Shown here: piece by piece, positions 7,624 through 18,620 of the stretch
How the letters are laid out: every line of letters starts with the position of its first letter
Numbering within the stretch: the first letter of the stretch is position 1
Origin: Caldimicrobium thiodismutans
GTDB taxonomy: Bacteria; Desulfobacterota; Thermodesulfobacteria; Thermodesulfobacteriales; Thermodesulfobacteriaceae
Reading direction: 5' to 3'
Assembly: GCF_001548275.1 (NCBI RefSeq)
Contig: NZ_AP014945.1
Span: 1,500,001-1,532,000, forward strand
Length of the DNA: 32,000 bases
The notes under the pieces: model-generated
Database searches by the model: none
What the model saw: the letters and a program-made list of their open reading frames with translations, nothing else
What the model was told of the DNA's origin: nothing
Position numbers and translations under genes: made by a program

Positions 7624-8730
7624 ATGTTAAAGAAAATAACTGGTTTTATGCTTTTTTTTCTATTAATAGCTCATAACCTTTGGGGAGAGAATATCTTTCA
7701 AGAGATTCCCCTATCAGAACATATTGAAAATGTAGAGGTGCTCCCATCTGAGATTGTCAGACATCTTCCTATGGATGTTAACTCTCAGATAGCCTATTTT
7801 GTTAAGTATTATACCACTGAGAAAAAAGAGGTTCTTCAAAGGTGGTTTAGGCGCTGTGGTCCCTTTTTACCTTATTTTAGGGTAATCTTTAAAGAGGAGG
7901 GGCTTCCAGAGGATTTGGTCTACCTTGCTTTAGTTGAAAGTGGATGTAATCCCTTTGCAGTCTCTCGAGCAGGGGCTGTAGGTATCTGGCAATTTATAGA
8001 AACTACAGGTCGGCTCTATGGTTTAAAGGTGGATTACTGGATTGATGAGAGAAAGGACTTTATAAAGTCCACTTATGCAGCAGCTAAGTATTTAAAAAAA
8101 CTTTATGAGATCTTTGGAGACTGGAGGCTTGCGGTAGCAAGCTATAATGCTGGAGAGGGAAGAGTCTCCCGAGCTCTACGAGCCAAAAATTTTGCAGACT
8201 ACTGGAAGGTGATGATGAGTGGAGCCATACCCTTTGAAACCTTTGCCTATCTACCTCAGTGGCTGGCTATTTCTATAATAATTAAAGATCCCCAAAAATA
8301 TGGCTTTTTACCACTAATTGAGGAGCCCTGGGATTATGTGGAGCTGAATGTTCCAGGAGGTTTGGATCTAAAGGTTTTGAGCTTAGCTGCAGAAGTAGAT
8401 TATGATATCCTGAGAAAACTCAATGCAGAATTAAGAAGAGAGTTTACACCTCCGGGAGTAACTTACCCCCTCAAAATCCCTATCACCTCAGCAGATAAAT
8501 TACTTGCTAACCTCAAGAGGCTTGAACTTGAAGAAGTAAAGGTCAATACCCCATCAGGAGAGGTCACTCTTTTTGTAAGTGCAAAAGATTCAGTTATAAT
8601 CAGGAATTTTGAAGAAAAAAAGGGCGAGAATTCTTCTAAAAAGAAGACAACTTCTTCAAACAGAACAAAAACTTCCTCTTCAAAAGACTCAAAGGTGGCT
8701 AAGAAGAAAAAGCCTTCTAAAGGGCGTTAA
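7624..8730 (+). CDS. lytic murein transglycosylase (SLT domain, MltD-like) with K/S-rich C-terminal tail
   Basis: Signal peptide, then catalytic region LALVESGCNPFAVSRAGAVGIWQF and SYNAGEGRV. Low-complexity basic tail SSKKKTTSSNRTKTSSSKDSKVAKKKKPSKGR. Confidence 0.8.
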   Translation: MLKKITGFMLFFLLIAHNLWGENIFQEIPLSEHIENVEVLPSEIVRHLPMDVNSQIAYFVKYYTTEKKEVLQRWFRRCGPFLPYFRVIFKEEGLPEDLVYLALVESGCNPFAVSRAGAVGIWQFIETTGRLYGLKVDYWIDERKDFIKSTYAAAKYLKKLYEIFGDWRLAVASYNAGEGRVSRALRAKNFADYWKVMMSGAIPFETFAYLPQWLAISIIIKDPQKYGFLPLIEEPWDYVELNVPGGLDLKVLSLAAEVDYDILRKLNAELRREFTPPGVTYPLKIPITSADKLLANLKRLELEEVKVNTPSGEVTLFVSAKDSVIIRNFEEKKGENSSKKKTTSSNRTKTSSSKDSKVAKKKKPSKGR

Positions 8731-9584
8731 CTTAAGGTTTTTCTTAGTTTTTCAAGGAAGGCTTCAGCACTTTCGAGGCTATCAAAGTGAAGGATAAAGC
8801 AGGGTTTTTTTTTCTTAAGGGTTATTTCTACCTTTGAGCCAAGAAGTTGACTTAACTCTTCAGAAAGGGCAAGTAGGTCTGGATCTATCTCTTTTGGCCT
8901 TACCCTGGTCTGCCCGGTCTTGAGTTTTTCAACTAATTTTTCAGTCTCTCTAACAGAAAGGCCCTTTTCAAGCACAAGTCTTCGAGCAAGAAGTTGAAGC
9001 TCTTCAGAGGGAAGAGATAACAGGGCTTTGGCATGTCCAACTGTTAGCCTTTCCTCTAATAAATCATCCTGAATCTCCTTGGGTAGTTTAAGAAGTCTTA
9101 AGAAATTGGCTACAGTTGCCCTGTCCTTGCCCACTTTTTCTGCAACTTCTTCTTGAGTATAGCCAAATTTATCCATAAGATTTTTATAGGCTAAGGCAAT
9201 TTCCATGGGATTTAGGTCCTTTCTTTGCAAGTTTTCCATCACAGAAATCAGCAAAGCCTCTTCATCAGAGAGTTCTTTTATGATAACAGGAATAGTGTTC
9301 AGACCCAGTTTTTTTGCAGCTCTAAGTCTCCTCTCTCCAGCCACACACTCATAAAGTCCTTCAGTTATCTTTCGGACGACAATGGGCTGAAGAATTCCTT
9401 TTTCTTGAATGGATTTCAAGAGGTCTTGAAAGGATTCATCTTCCTTAAAAGTAATTCTTGGCTGATAACTAAAATAGGTGACTGCATCAACAGGTAGTTC
9501 TGCAAAACCCTGCTTACTACTCAATTCAGGGATAAGCTCAGAAAGTCCTTTGCCCAGGACTTTTTTCTTAATTTTTAAGGCCAT
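8727..9584 (-). CDS. parB: ParB/Spo0J-family partition protein
   Basis: LGKGLSELI, ParB box GERRLRAAKKLG and an HTH region. 285 aa. Its stop codon shares the palindrome TTAA (8727-8730) with the convergent transglycosylase gene. Confidence 0.85.
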   Translation of the reverse strand: MALKIKKKVLGKGLSELIPELSSKQGFAELPVDAVTYFSYQPRITFKEDESFQDLLKSIQEKGILQPIVVRKITEGLYECVAGERRLRAAKKLGLNTIPVIIKELSDEEALLISVMENLQRKDLNPMEIALAYKNLMDKFGYTQEEVAEKVGKDRATVANFLRLLKLPKEIQDDLLEERLTVGHAKALLSLPSEELQLLARRLVLEKGLSVRETEKLVEKLKTGQTRVRPKEIDPDLLALSEELSQLLGSKVEITLKKKKPCFILHFDSLESAEAFLEKLRKTLS

Positions 9585-9586
9585 CT

Positions 9587-11047
9587 TTACTCCTTTATAA
9601 GTGGGGGGATAAACTTAAGGGAAATTTCCTTTTCCAGCTGGTAAGCTAGGCTCAAGACTGTATCATCTTTAAAGTTTGGTCCCATAATCTGAGCACCTAT
9701 AGGTAAATTTTGGGAGGTAAGGCCCACCGGGAGATTCAAGGCCGGGATACCTGCAAGATTTACAGGAATGGTAAAGATATCAGAAAGATACATCTGAAGA
9801 GGATCTGCGGTCTTTTCTCCTAATTTGAAAGGTGGGGTAGGGGTAGTGGGAGCAAAGATTAGATCCACTTCCTGAAAGGCCTTATCAAAGTCCTCTTTTA
9901 TGAGAGTTCTAACCTTTGAGGCTTTGAGATAATAGGCATCATAATAACCTGCTGAGAGGGCATAGGTGCCAAGCATAATTCTTCTTTTGACTTCCTTCCC
10001 AAAGCCCTGGGCCCGACTCTTTTTATACATCTCAAGAAGAGTTTTGGCTTCTGCCCTGAACCCGTATTTAACACCATCATATCTGGCAAGATTTGAGCTT
10101 GCCTCAGCAGGGGCAATAATATAATAGGTAGCCAAGGCATATTTGGTGTGGGGAAGACTTATTTCTTTAAGAGTGTGTCTTTTCTTGAGGATATGGATGA
10201 CCTCCTCCAAGGTCTTTTGGATTTCAGGATCAAGCCCCTCTGCAAAATACTCCCTGGGAAGACCAATGCGATAAGAGGTCTTAAGATTTTCCTGAATGGC
10301 TTTAGTAAAATCTGGAGGGGTAATCTCAGCAGAGGTTGAGTCCTTAGGGGTAGGGCCTGCAATTACCTTTAATAATAGGGCAAGATCCTCTACATTAAGA
10401 GCAAAGGGGCCAATTTGATCAAGGGAAGAGGCAAAGGCAACCAGGCCGAAACGAGATACCAGGCCATAAGTGGGTTTCATACCCACAACTCCGCAAAAGG
10501 CTGCTGGCTGTCTTATAGAGCCTCCTGTGTCAGAGCCAAGAGAGCCAAGCCCCAATCTTGCGGAAACTGATACAGCGGAACCACCAGAAGAACCTCCAGG
10601 AACTCTCTCTAAATCCCAGGGATTTCTTGTGGGGAAAAAGCCTGAATTTTCTGTAGAGGATCCCATGGCAAATTCATCTAAGTTTGTCTTTCCTATGAAG
10701 ACAGCGCCTTCGGTCTTAAGCCTTTCAATAACATCCGCATCATAGGGAGCAATATAATTAGCTAAAATTTTGGATGCACAGGTCGTAGGGTGCCCCTCAA
10801 TATGGATATTGTCTTTGATTGAGAGAGGAATCCCGGTTAAGGCTCCAGCTTTTCCCTCTTTTCTTCTCTGGTCCGCCATCTCTGCTTGTTTCAAGACCCA
10901 TTCTTCATTAACATAAAGAAAGGCCTTGAGCTTTGAGTCATATTTTTTGATCCTTTTTAAGGTTATCTCAGCTAACTCTTTACTGGTAATCTTCCCCTCT
11001 TCAAGAAGCTTTAAGGTAGATATAAGGGTAAGCTCATTAAAATCCAT
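9587..11047 (-). CDS. gatA: Asp-tRNA(Asn)/Glu-tRNA(Gln) amidotransferase subunit A
   Basis: Amidase signature GGSSGGSAVSV...GSDTGGSIRQPA. 486 aa. Follows gatC on the same strand. Confidence 0.95.
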   Translation of the reverse strand: MDFNELTLISTLKLLEEGKITSKELAEITLKRIKKYDSKLKAFLYVNEEWVLKQAEMADQRRKEGKAGALTGIPLSIKDNIHIEGHPTTCASKILANYIAPYDADVIERLKTEGAVFIGKTNLDEFAMGSSTENSGFFPTRNPWDLERVPGGSSGGSAVSVSARLGLGSLGSDTGGSIRQPAAFCGVVGMKPTYGLVSRFGLVAFASSLDQIGPFALNVEDLALLLKVIAGPTPKDSTSAEITPPDFTKAIQENLKTSYRIGLPREYFAEGLDPEIQKTLEEVIHILKKRHTLKEISLPHTKYALATYYIIAPAEASSNLARYDGVKYGFRAEAKTLLEMYKKSRAQGFGKEVKRRIMLGTYALSAGYYDAYYLKASKVRTLIKEDFDKAFQEVDLIFAPTTPTPPFKLGEKTADPLQMYLSDIFTIPVNLAGIPALNLPVGLTSQNLPIGAQIMGPNFKDDTVLSLAYQLEKEISLKFIPPLIKE

Positions 11048-11101
11048 AAAATCACCCCTTAGAAGATTGAATTTTATTTAGGTTCCTTTTTATCGGCATC
11101 T

Positions 11102-11395
11102 TTATGGGGCTTTAACAACCTTAGGGACAATAATGGAGGTCTCTTTAAGTTCTGGTGCATTCTCAAGAAGTCCCTTTCTATTATAAAACTCCTTAACCTC
11201 GTCTTCTCTAAAAGGGGTTTTTTTCTTGAGGGGATGAAAGGTTGGGGAAACTGAGGAGGTATCAACCTTTTGAAGTTCTTGAAAGTAGTCAAGGATTTTG
11301 GAGAGTTCCTGAGTGTATAAAAGGATCTCTTCTTCAGAGAATTCAAGCCTTGCAAGATGGGCAATTTTTTTGACCTCATCAAGAGTAAGTGGCAT
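11102..11395 (-). CDS. gatC: Asp-tRNA(Asn)/Glu-tRNA(Gln) amidotransferase subunit C
   Basis: 97 aa. MPLTLDEVKKIAHLARLEFSEEE... is the typical GatC N-terminus. RBS GGAGG upstream. Confidence 0.9.
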   Translation of the reverse strand: MPLTLDEVKKIAHLARLEFSEEEILLYTQELSKILDYFQELQKVDTSSVSPTFHPLKKKTPFREDEVKEFYNRKGLLENAPELKETSIIVPKVVKAP

Positions 11396-11457
11396 ATTTC
11401 CTCCCTAAGTTCAAAATTTCTTTTAAGTATAATCAATTTTTAGCTATTTCAAAGGGT

Positions 11458-11669
11458 TGTATGCATTCATATCTTTAGAGACGCAAGAGGATTTTCTACA
11501 CATACCCATTCCCCTTTGGAAACAAAGGATAAAAAATCTGCAAAATCTTTCCTTAAGTAGGAGTTTAAAATTTTAAACCCCTACATGGGGCTCAAAAGCA
11601 GAAACAAGTTGCCCCTGTTCAATACTTATACCCCTCTTATTTTTTCCTGTAAGGATATGAACTTATGCA
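11458..11669 (+). repeat. R2 interspersed repeat, 212-bp copy
   Basis: Starts TGTATGCATTCATATCTTTAGAGAC and ends CCTGTAAGGATATGAACTTATGCA. Both termini match the other R2 copies. Confidence 0.7.
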
Positions 11670-11734
11670 TATTTTTCTTTAACAATTAATTTTCAAGACC
11701 GTGTTTTATAGTTTGTGCATATAAAAACAGGTCT

Positions 11735-12055
11735 GTAATGCCTCATTTAATTTTCTAAAGGAAATTATTTTACCTTCTCCTCCTTTATATTTTCATCAAT
11801 TTTTTCCCCGATAATAATTCCCTTTTTTCTATAAATATGCTCTCTCAAACATTTTCTGATATCTCCTTATCTTTCTGCAAAGCTCCTTTACCTTTCCACC
11901 TATTCTTTCCTTAAAATAAGCTTTGCGAAAGAACTAAGCTCATAAATTCAAGAGGGGCGAAATAGATAGTTTTTTCGTGAAGGTTAAATAGAGGAGCTGA
12001 GGTTTTTTATATGAGGCAACGATAAATTTCAAATAGATTTTTAATGAGGCAATTC
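11735..12055 (+). mobile_element. R1 MITE-like interspersed repeat, copy B
   Basis: GTAATGCCTCATTTAA ... TTAATGAGGCAATTC. Flanked by AGGTCT (left) and AGGTTCT (right), an apparent target-site duplication. Confidence 0.8.
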
Positions 12056-12061
12056 AGGTTC

Positions 12062-12089
12062 TTGACTTTTGGTTTGAGATTTATAAAAT
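12062..12089 (+). promoter_or_regulatory. sigma70-like promoter for the transporter gene
   Basis: TTGACT (12062-12067), 16-nt spacer, TAAAAT (12084-12089). Confidence 0.4.
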
Positions 12090-12129
12090 AAAAATAGTAT
12101 TAAATTTTATTATGAATAGGAGGGGAAGT

Positions 12130-13098
12130 ATGTGGAAGCTTTTGGGATACATAACTAAAAATTTAATAATTTTTATTCCTGCCAGTCTCTTGGCAGGTTT
12201 CATCGCCGGGCTCTATTTAGATCTTTCCTTTCTTAAAAATTTTGTTCTCTTCTTTACTTTTGTAATGATCTATCCCATGATGATTAATTTAAGGTTTAAA
12301 AAGGTCTTTGAGGGAGGTGATACCAAGGTTTTGCTTGTTGCTCAGGGATTAAATTTTTTGGTTATTCCCTTTCTGGCTTATTGGCTGGGAACTCTATTTT
12401 TCGGAGAGAACTACTATCTCACCCTTGGCCTTCTTATGGCTGGTCTTGTGCCAACAAGTGGCATGACCATTTCCTGGACAGGCTTTGCCAGGGGCAATAT
12501 AGAGGCTGCTGTAAAGATGACTGTTATTGGTCTGATCTTAGGGTCCTTAGCTACTCCGCTTTATGTTCAGATGCTTATGTCTGCGCATTTGAAAGTGGAT
12601 GTTCTGTATATTTTCAGACAGATTCTTTTTGTAGTCTTTTTACCCATGGTGGCTGGTTATTTTACTCAGAGATATCTTATTAAAAAATATGGGCAACAAA
12701 GACTAAATAAAGAATTTGCTCCCAGATTCTCAGGGATTTCAACCTTGGGAGTCCTTGGAATAGTCTTCATTGCTATGGCTCTTAAATCTCGTGAAATTGT
12801 TAATCAGGTCTCTCTCATTTTCTACATCTTTGTGCCCCTTGTTATTCTTTACTTTTTGAATTTTGCCTTAGCAACTTTAATTGGAAAACTCTTTTTTAAG
12901 AGAGGGGATGCCATAGCTTTGGTGTATGGGACAGTTATGAGGAATCTTTCCATCTGTTTAGCTATTGCTATGTTGACCTTTGGTAAGGCTCATCCAGAGG
13001 TTGCCCTTGTGATTGCCTTAGCCTTTATCATTCAGGTTCAGGCAGCGGCATGGTATGTGCGACTTTCAAATACCATCTTTGGCCCTCCTGAAAGCTAA
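12130..13098 (+). CDS. bile acid:Na+ symporter (BASS)/ACR3-type arsenical-resistance family transporter
   Basis: About 10 predicted TM segments. The central motif region PTSGMTISWTGFARGNIEAAV resembles the BASS/ACR3 fold. AGGAGG (12118-12123) lies 6 nt before the ATG at 12130, so I prefer this start over the track start at 12112. Confidence 0.7.
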   Translation: MWKLLGYITKNLIIFIPASLLAGFIAGLYLDLSFLKNFVLFFTFVMIYPMMINLRFKKVFEGGDTKVLLVAQGLNFLVIPFLAYWLGTLFFGENYYLTLGLLMAGLVPTSGMTISWTGFARGNIEAAVKMTVIGLILGSLATPLYVQMLMSAHLKVDVLYIFRQILFVVFLPMVAGYFTQRYLIKKYGQQRLNKEFAPRFSGISTLGVLGIVFIAMALKSREIVNQVSLIFYIFVPLVILYFLNFALATLIGKLFFKRGDAIALVYGTVMRNLSICLAIAMLTFGKAHPEVALVIALAFIIQVQAAAWYVRLSNTIFGPPES

Positions 13099-13142
13099 GA
13101 TATCCTCTTGTCTTCTTTGACTTTAGGGTTATATTTTGAGCT

Positions 13143-14399
13143 ATGCATTATTTTATTTATCATGCAGGTGAGCTCTATTGCGAAGAGGTCCCTGTAAAAA
13201 AAATCGTGGAAAAGTGTGGGACCCCTCTTTATATCTACTCGGGAAAAACAATTAGACGGCACTTTAAGGTCTTTGATTCGGTCTTTAGTGAAATAGAGCA
13301 TCTTACTTGTTATTCTGTTAAAGCTAATTCTAATATAGGGGTTCTGGCTCTTCTTGCCCGGGAAGGGTCAGGGGCTGATATTGTTTCAGGGGGAGAGCTT
13401 TACAGGGCCCTTAAGGCTGGTATTCCTCCCCAGAAAATCGTCTTTTCAGGGGTTGGGAAGACTCCTGCTGAAATGGAAGCTGCTCTTAAGGCCGGGATTC
13501 TTATGTTCAATGTGGAGAGTTTAGAAGAGCTTGAGGTTCTGGGAGAAGTGGCTAAAACTCTCAAGATTAAAGCTCCTTTTGCCATAAGGGCTAACCCAAA
13601 TGTTGATCCTAAAACTCATCCCTACATCTCAACAGGGCTTAGCAAAAATAAATTTGGTATCCCGGAAGAAGAGGTAATACCTGCTTATTTGAAGGCTAAA
13701 GAAAATCCCTATCTTCTCCCCTTAGGATTAGATGCCCACATTGGTTCACAACTTACAACCATTTCGCCCTTTATAGATGCCTTAAGAAGACTTAAGGCCC
13801 TCTGGGAGGAGATTTCCTCTTTTGGTTTTGAGTTAAAGTATTTTGATATCGGGGGAGGGCTTGGGATTGTATATGATCAGGAAGAACCTCCCTTACCAGA
13901 GGAATATTCCTCAGCCATACTCAAGGAATTAAAGGGCCTTCCAATAACCCTCCTTCTTGAACCAGGAAGATTAATAGTCGGTAATGCCGGTATCCTTGTA
14001 ACTAAGGTTCTTTATACAAAAGCTAACCGAGAAAAAAAATTTGTTATTGTAGATGCAGCTATGAATGATCTTATTAGGCCAGCACTTTATCAGGCTTATC
14101 ATAAAATTGTGCCTGTTGAGGAAAAAGAAGGGGAGGAAGTGGTTGTAGATATTGTCGGCCCTATTTGTGAATCTGGAGATTTTTTGGCTAAAGAAAGGAA
14201 AATTCCTCAGGTTAAGAGAGGGGATCTTCTTGCGGTAATGAGTGCCGGGGCTTATGGCTTTGTTATGAGCTCAAACTATAATTCTCGTCCAAGGGCTGCT
14301 GAGGTGCTGGTGGAAGGTGATCAATTCTTTTTAGTAAGGCAAAGGGAAACCGTTGAGGATCTAATTTCCCTTGAGGCTATTCCACCTCTTTATCTTTAA
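13143..14399 (+). CDS. lysA: diaminopimelate decarboxylase
   Basis: 418 aa. PLP lysine context YSVKANSN, DIGGGLG, EPGRLIVGNAG and CESGD motifs. Confidence 0.95.
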   Translation: MHYFIYHAGELYCEEVPVKKIVEKCGTPLYIYSGKTIRRHFKVFDSVFSEIEHLTCYSVKANSNIGVLALLAREGSGADIVSGGELYRALKAGIPPQKIVFSGVGKTPAEMEAALKAGILMFNVESLEELEVLGEVAKTLKIKAPFAIRANPNVDPKTHPYISTGLSKNKFGIPEEEVIPAYLKAKENPYLLPLGLDAHIGSQLTTISPFIDALRRLKALWEEISSFGFELKYFDIGGGLGIVYDQEEPPLPEEYSSAILKELKGLPITLLLEPGRLIVGNAGILVTKVLYTKANREKKFVIVDAAMNDLIRPALYQAYHKIVPVEEKEGEEVVVDIVGPICESGDFLAKERKIPQVKRGDLLAVMSAGAYGFVMSSNYNSRPRAAEVLVEGDQFFLVRQRETVEDLISLEAIPPLYL

Positions 14400-15452
14400 A
14401 TGACCTCTATTCCACCTGAGTTTGATATAAACTCTTATGACTATCCCCTACCGGAAGAAAATATTGCCTACTATCCGCCTAAGGAAAGGGTAAGTAGTAG
14501 ACTTCTTGTTATAGAAAGAGAAAGAGGGAACCTCTTTTTTCATGAAAAATTTTCTGAACTTGAGGTGTATCTGCAAGAAGGAGACCTTCTTGTTTTAAAT
14601 GATACTAAAGTCTTTCCAGCAAGAATCAAGGCTGTAAAAAAGACAGGTGGGATAGTTGAAATCCTTCTTTTTAATAAGCCAAAGGGTAAATCTTTTGAAA
14701 CACAGGGTTTAGTTAAAGGAAAAAGATTAAAACCTGGTATGAGTTTAAGTGTTCCTGATGGAGAGATAGAAATCCATTTATTAGAAGATCTAAGGGGTGG
14801 TAGATTTAAATTAAGGCTTGAGACAACAGGCGATGATCTGGAGAGGGCAATTGAAAGCATTGGGAAGGCGCCTCTCCCACCCTATATTAAGAGAGAGCCA
14901 GAAGATTTGGACTTACTAAGGTATCAAACGGTCTTTGCAAGTAAGGAGGGCTCAATTGCAGCCCCTACCGCAGGGTTTCATTTTGATCCTCCTCTATTGA
15001 AAAAACTTAAAGCGAAAGGAGTGGAGATAAAATTTATAACTCTGCATGTAGGCTATGGCACCTTTGCTCCTATTAAAGTTAGAGATATAAGGAAGCATAA
15101 AATTGAGCCAGAATATGTTGAGGTTTCCCATGAAACTGTTTCCGCCATTAAGAAAGCCAAAGCCCAGGGAAGAAGGGTCATAGGAGTTGGCACTACTACA
15201 GCTCGCACCCTTGAATTTATAGCTAAATATGGATTAAAACCCTTCAAGGGGCTTTGTGATCTCTATATTTATCCAGGCTTTGAATTCAGGATACTTTCTG
15301 CCTTAATTACAAATTTTCATTTACCGCGGTCTTCCCTTCTCCTTCTTGTCTGTGCCTTTGCCGGGAGAGATCTAATTTTAAGGGCTTATAAAGAGGCTAT
15401 ACAAAGGGGGTATCGCTTTTATTCCTACGGAGATGCTACCTTTATAATTTAG
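14400..15452 (+). CDS. queA: tRNA preQ1(34) S-adenosylmethionine ribosyltransferase-isomerase
   Basis: YDYPLPEENIAYYP, PLPPYIKR, APTAGFHF, GVGTTTARTLE and NFHLPRSSLL motifs. The start abuts the lysA stop. Confidence 0.95.
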   Translation: MTSIPPEFDINSYDYPLPEENIAYYPPKERVSSRLLVIERERGNLFFHEKFSELEVYLQEGDLLVLNDTKVFPARIKAVKKTGGIVEILLFNKPKGKSFETQGLVKGKRLKPGMSLSVPDGEIEIHLLEDLRGGRFKLRLETTGDDLERAIESIGKAPLPPYIKREPEDLDLLRYQTVFASKEGSIAAPTAGFHFDPPLLKKLKAKGVEIKFITLHVGYGTFAPIKVRDIRKHKIEPEYVEVSHETVSAIKKAKAQGRRVIGVGTTTARTLEFIAKYGLKPFKGLCDLYIYPGFEFRILSALITNFHLPRSSLLLLVCAFAGRDLILRAYKEAIQRGYRFYSYGDATFII

Positions 15453-15479
15453 GTTAAAAATCCTCTGGGGTGAAGAAAA

Positions 15480-17494
<2,015 letters not shown>

Positions 17495-17660
17495 GAAAAT
17501 GTATGCGTCCATATCTTTTAAGACATAAGGAGAAGTTTTTTCATTCTTTATGTTATCTAAAATGGGCTCCAACCAAGAAGCACTTGCATTCTTAATTTCT
17601 TCCGATAAAAGCTCATTAGAGTTTGAATAAATTAGTTATATCACCCTCGACAAAAATTCC

Positions 17661-17679
17661 TGCTACATTGTTGGTAGCA
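17661..17679 (-). terminator. weak hairpin plus T-run downstream of the PD-(D/E)XK-like gene
   Basis: Minus-strand RNA: UGCUAC-CAACAAU-GUAGCA (6-bp stem) followed by GGAAUUUUU, about 108 nt past the stop codon. The stem is short. Confidence 0.25.
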
Positions 17680-17786
17680 TTTAAGAGACCATTTTTTCCA
17701 AATCAACCTGATAAATTTGACAAGGGAATTATACTTTTCATATATGCTTTTCAATTAAAACTTGTAAACGATTTTTTTGGCTCTTC

Positions 17787-18620
17787 TTATAAGCCTGCTT
17801 CTCTATCAGGGACATCAGTGTAAAAGGTTATCCCAAGACTTTTGCAAAAATTCTTAGCCTCACGATCAATCATAGGAGAAATAATTATCTTTCTTGTGAC
17901 CCTTCTCCCTTCTTTTTTCTCAAAAAACTTTACCTTTCTCTCAAAAAGCAGGACATCAGCAGGACTAACAGAAGATTTAATCTCAGCTACAATAAGCTCA
18001 CCATCTCTAATAATAAGGTCAATTTCAACGGTTTTACCGGGAAAACCATCAAAGACCTCACCTTCTAAATCAGTTGTTTCATAATGTTCTACCTTAACCC
18101 CAAAGGTTTCCTCAAGAAGCCCTTTTACTGCATTGCGAAAGGTTTTTTCTGATTTAATTCCCCATCTTGCCCCGAGGGCACCAATCTGCACATCCTGTCT
18201 CTTTCTTAAGGCAAGGATTTCTTCCATCAGGATTTTATTGCCTTGAGAGAGTTCTTCAAGCTTCTTTGAATGCTCTTTCAAAATCTGAGAATGTTCTTCA
18301 AGCCTTTTTGAATGCTCTTTTAGAATCTGATAATGCTCTTCAAGCCTTTTTGAATGCTCTTTTAGAATCTGAGAATGCTCTTCAAGCCTTTTTGAATGCT
18401 CTTCCCATCTTTTTTCACTCTCAATTCTTAAGATCTTAATCTCCTCTAAGAGGGCTTTGATCTCTTCTTCAGTGGTTCTTTTGTCGGCAAAATTTTCTTT
18501 GAAAAGGCTCGCTACATAGTCCTTAAGAAGGGGATCTTCCTTCAAAAGCTCAGGGAGATCCCGAATTAACATTTCCTTAAAGGCTACTTTGGATATGACA
18601 CTTTTTTTAGCCCTTTGCAT
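17787..18620 (-). CDS. coiled-coil protein with internal 14-aa tandem repeats and a C-terminal PD-(D/E)XK-like nuclease-fold domain (architecture like DUF3782-type proteins of thermophiles)
   Basis: 277 aa. Middle region (HSKRLEEHSQILKE) x about 3.5. C-terminal TVEIDLIIRDGELIVAEIKSS gives D-x12-E-x-K. RBS GGAGG upstream of the ATG. Confidence 0.7.
   Translation of the reverse strand: MQRAKKSVISKVAFKEMLIRDLPELLKEDPLLKDYVASLFKENFADKRTTEEEIKALLEEIKILRIESEKRWEEHSKRLEEHSQILKEHSKRLEEHYQILKEHSKRLEEHSQILKEHSKKLEELSQGNKILMEEILALRKRQDVQIGALGARWGIKSEKTFRNAVKGLLEETFGVKVEHYETTDLEGEVFDGFPGKTVEIDLIIRDGELIVAEIKSSVSPADVLLFERKVKFFEKKEGRRVTRKIIISPMIDREAKNFCKSLGITFYTDVPDREAGL
18254..18403. repeat. 42-bp tandem repeat, about 3.6 copies, inside the CDS
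   Basis: Units at 18254-18295, 18296-18337 and 18338-18379, plus a partial unit from 18380: CTTCAAGCCTTTTTGAATGCTCTTTTAGAATCTGAGAATGCT. Copies 2 and 3 differ at one base. The period is 14 codons. Confidence 0.9.

Noticed and set aside
8609-8797. 62-aa ORF overlapping the K/S-rich tail of the transglycosylase gene and the parB 3' end.
   Set aside because: It is an alternative frame of a low-complexity AAG/AAA-rich stretch, and the transglycosylase frame is continuous through it.
11074-11436. 120-aa ORF overlapping gatC in another frame.
   Set aside because: The gatC frame (11102-11395) gives a canonical GatC sequence with an RBS. The overlapping frame is basic and low-complexity with no recognisable motif.
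11396-12111. Scanned this and the other long intergenic regions (173-481, 17460-17786, 24258-24727, 29604-30154) for tRNA, tmRNA or other structured RNA genes.
   Set aside because: I saw no GC-rich cloverleaf-like segments or T-loop (GGTTCGAATCC-type) motifs. These regions are accounted for by the R1 and R2 repeats and promoters. A covariance-model scan would be needed to exclude small RNAs.
17623-17823. 66-aa plus-strand ORF downstream of the PD-(D/E)XK-like gene.
   Set aside because: It has a non-ATG start and no RBS, overlaps the 3' end of the opposite-strand gene, and has no recognisable motif.
18254-18403. Regularly spaced 42-bp repeats considered as a possible CRISPR array.
   Set aside because: The repeats are directly tandem with no spacers, keep the reading frame of a long ORF, and encode a heptad-type coiled coil. 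No cas genes are nearby.
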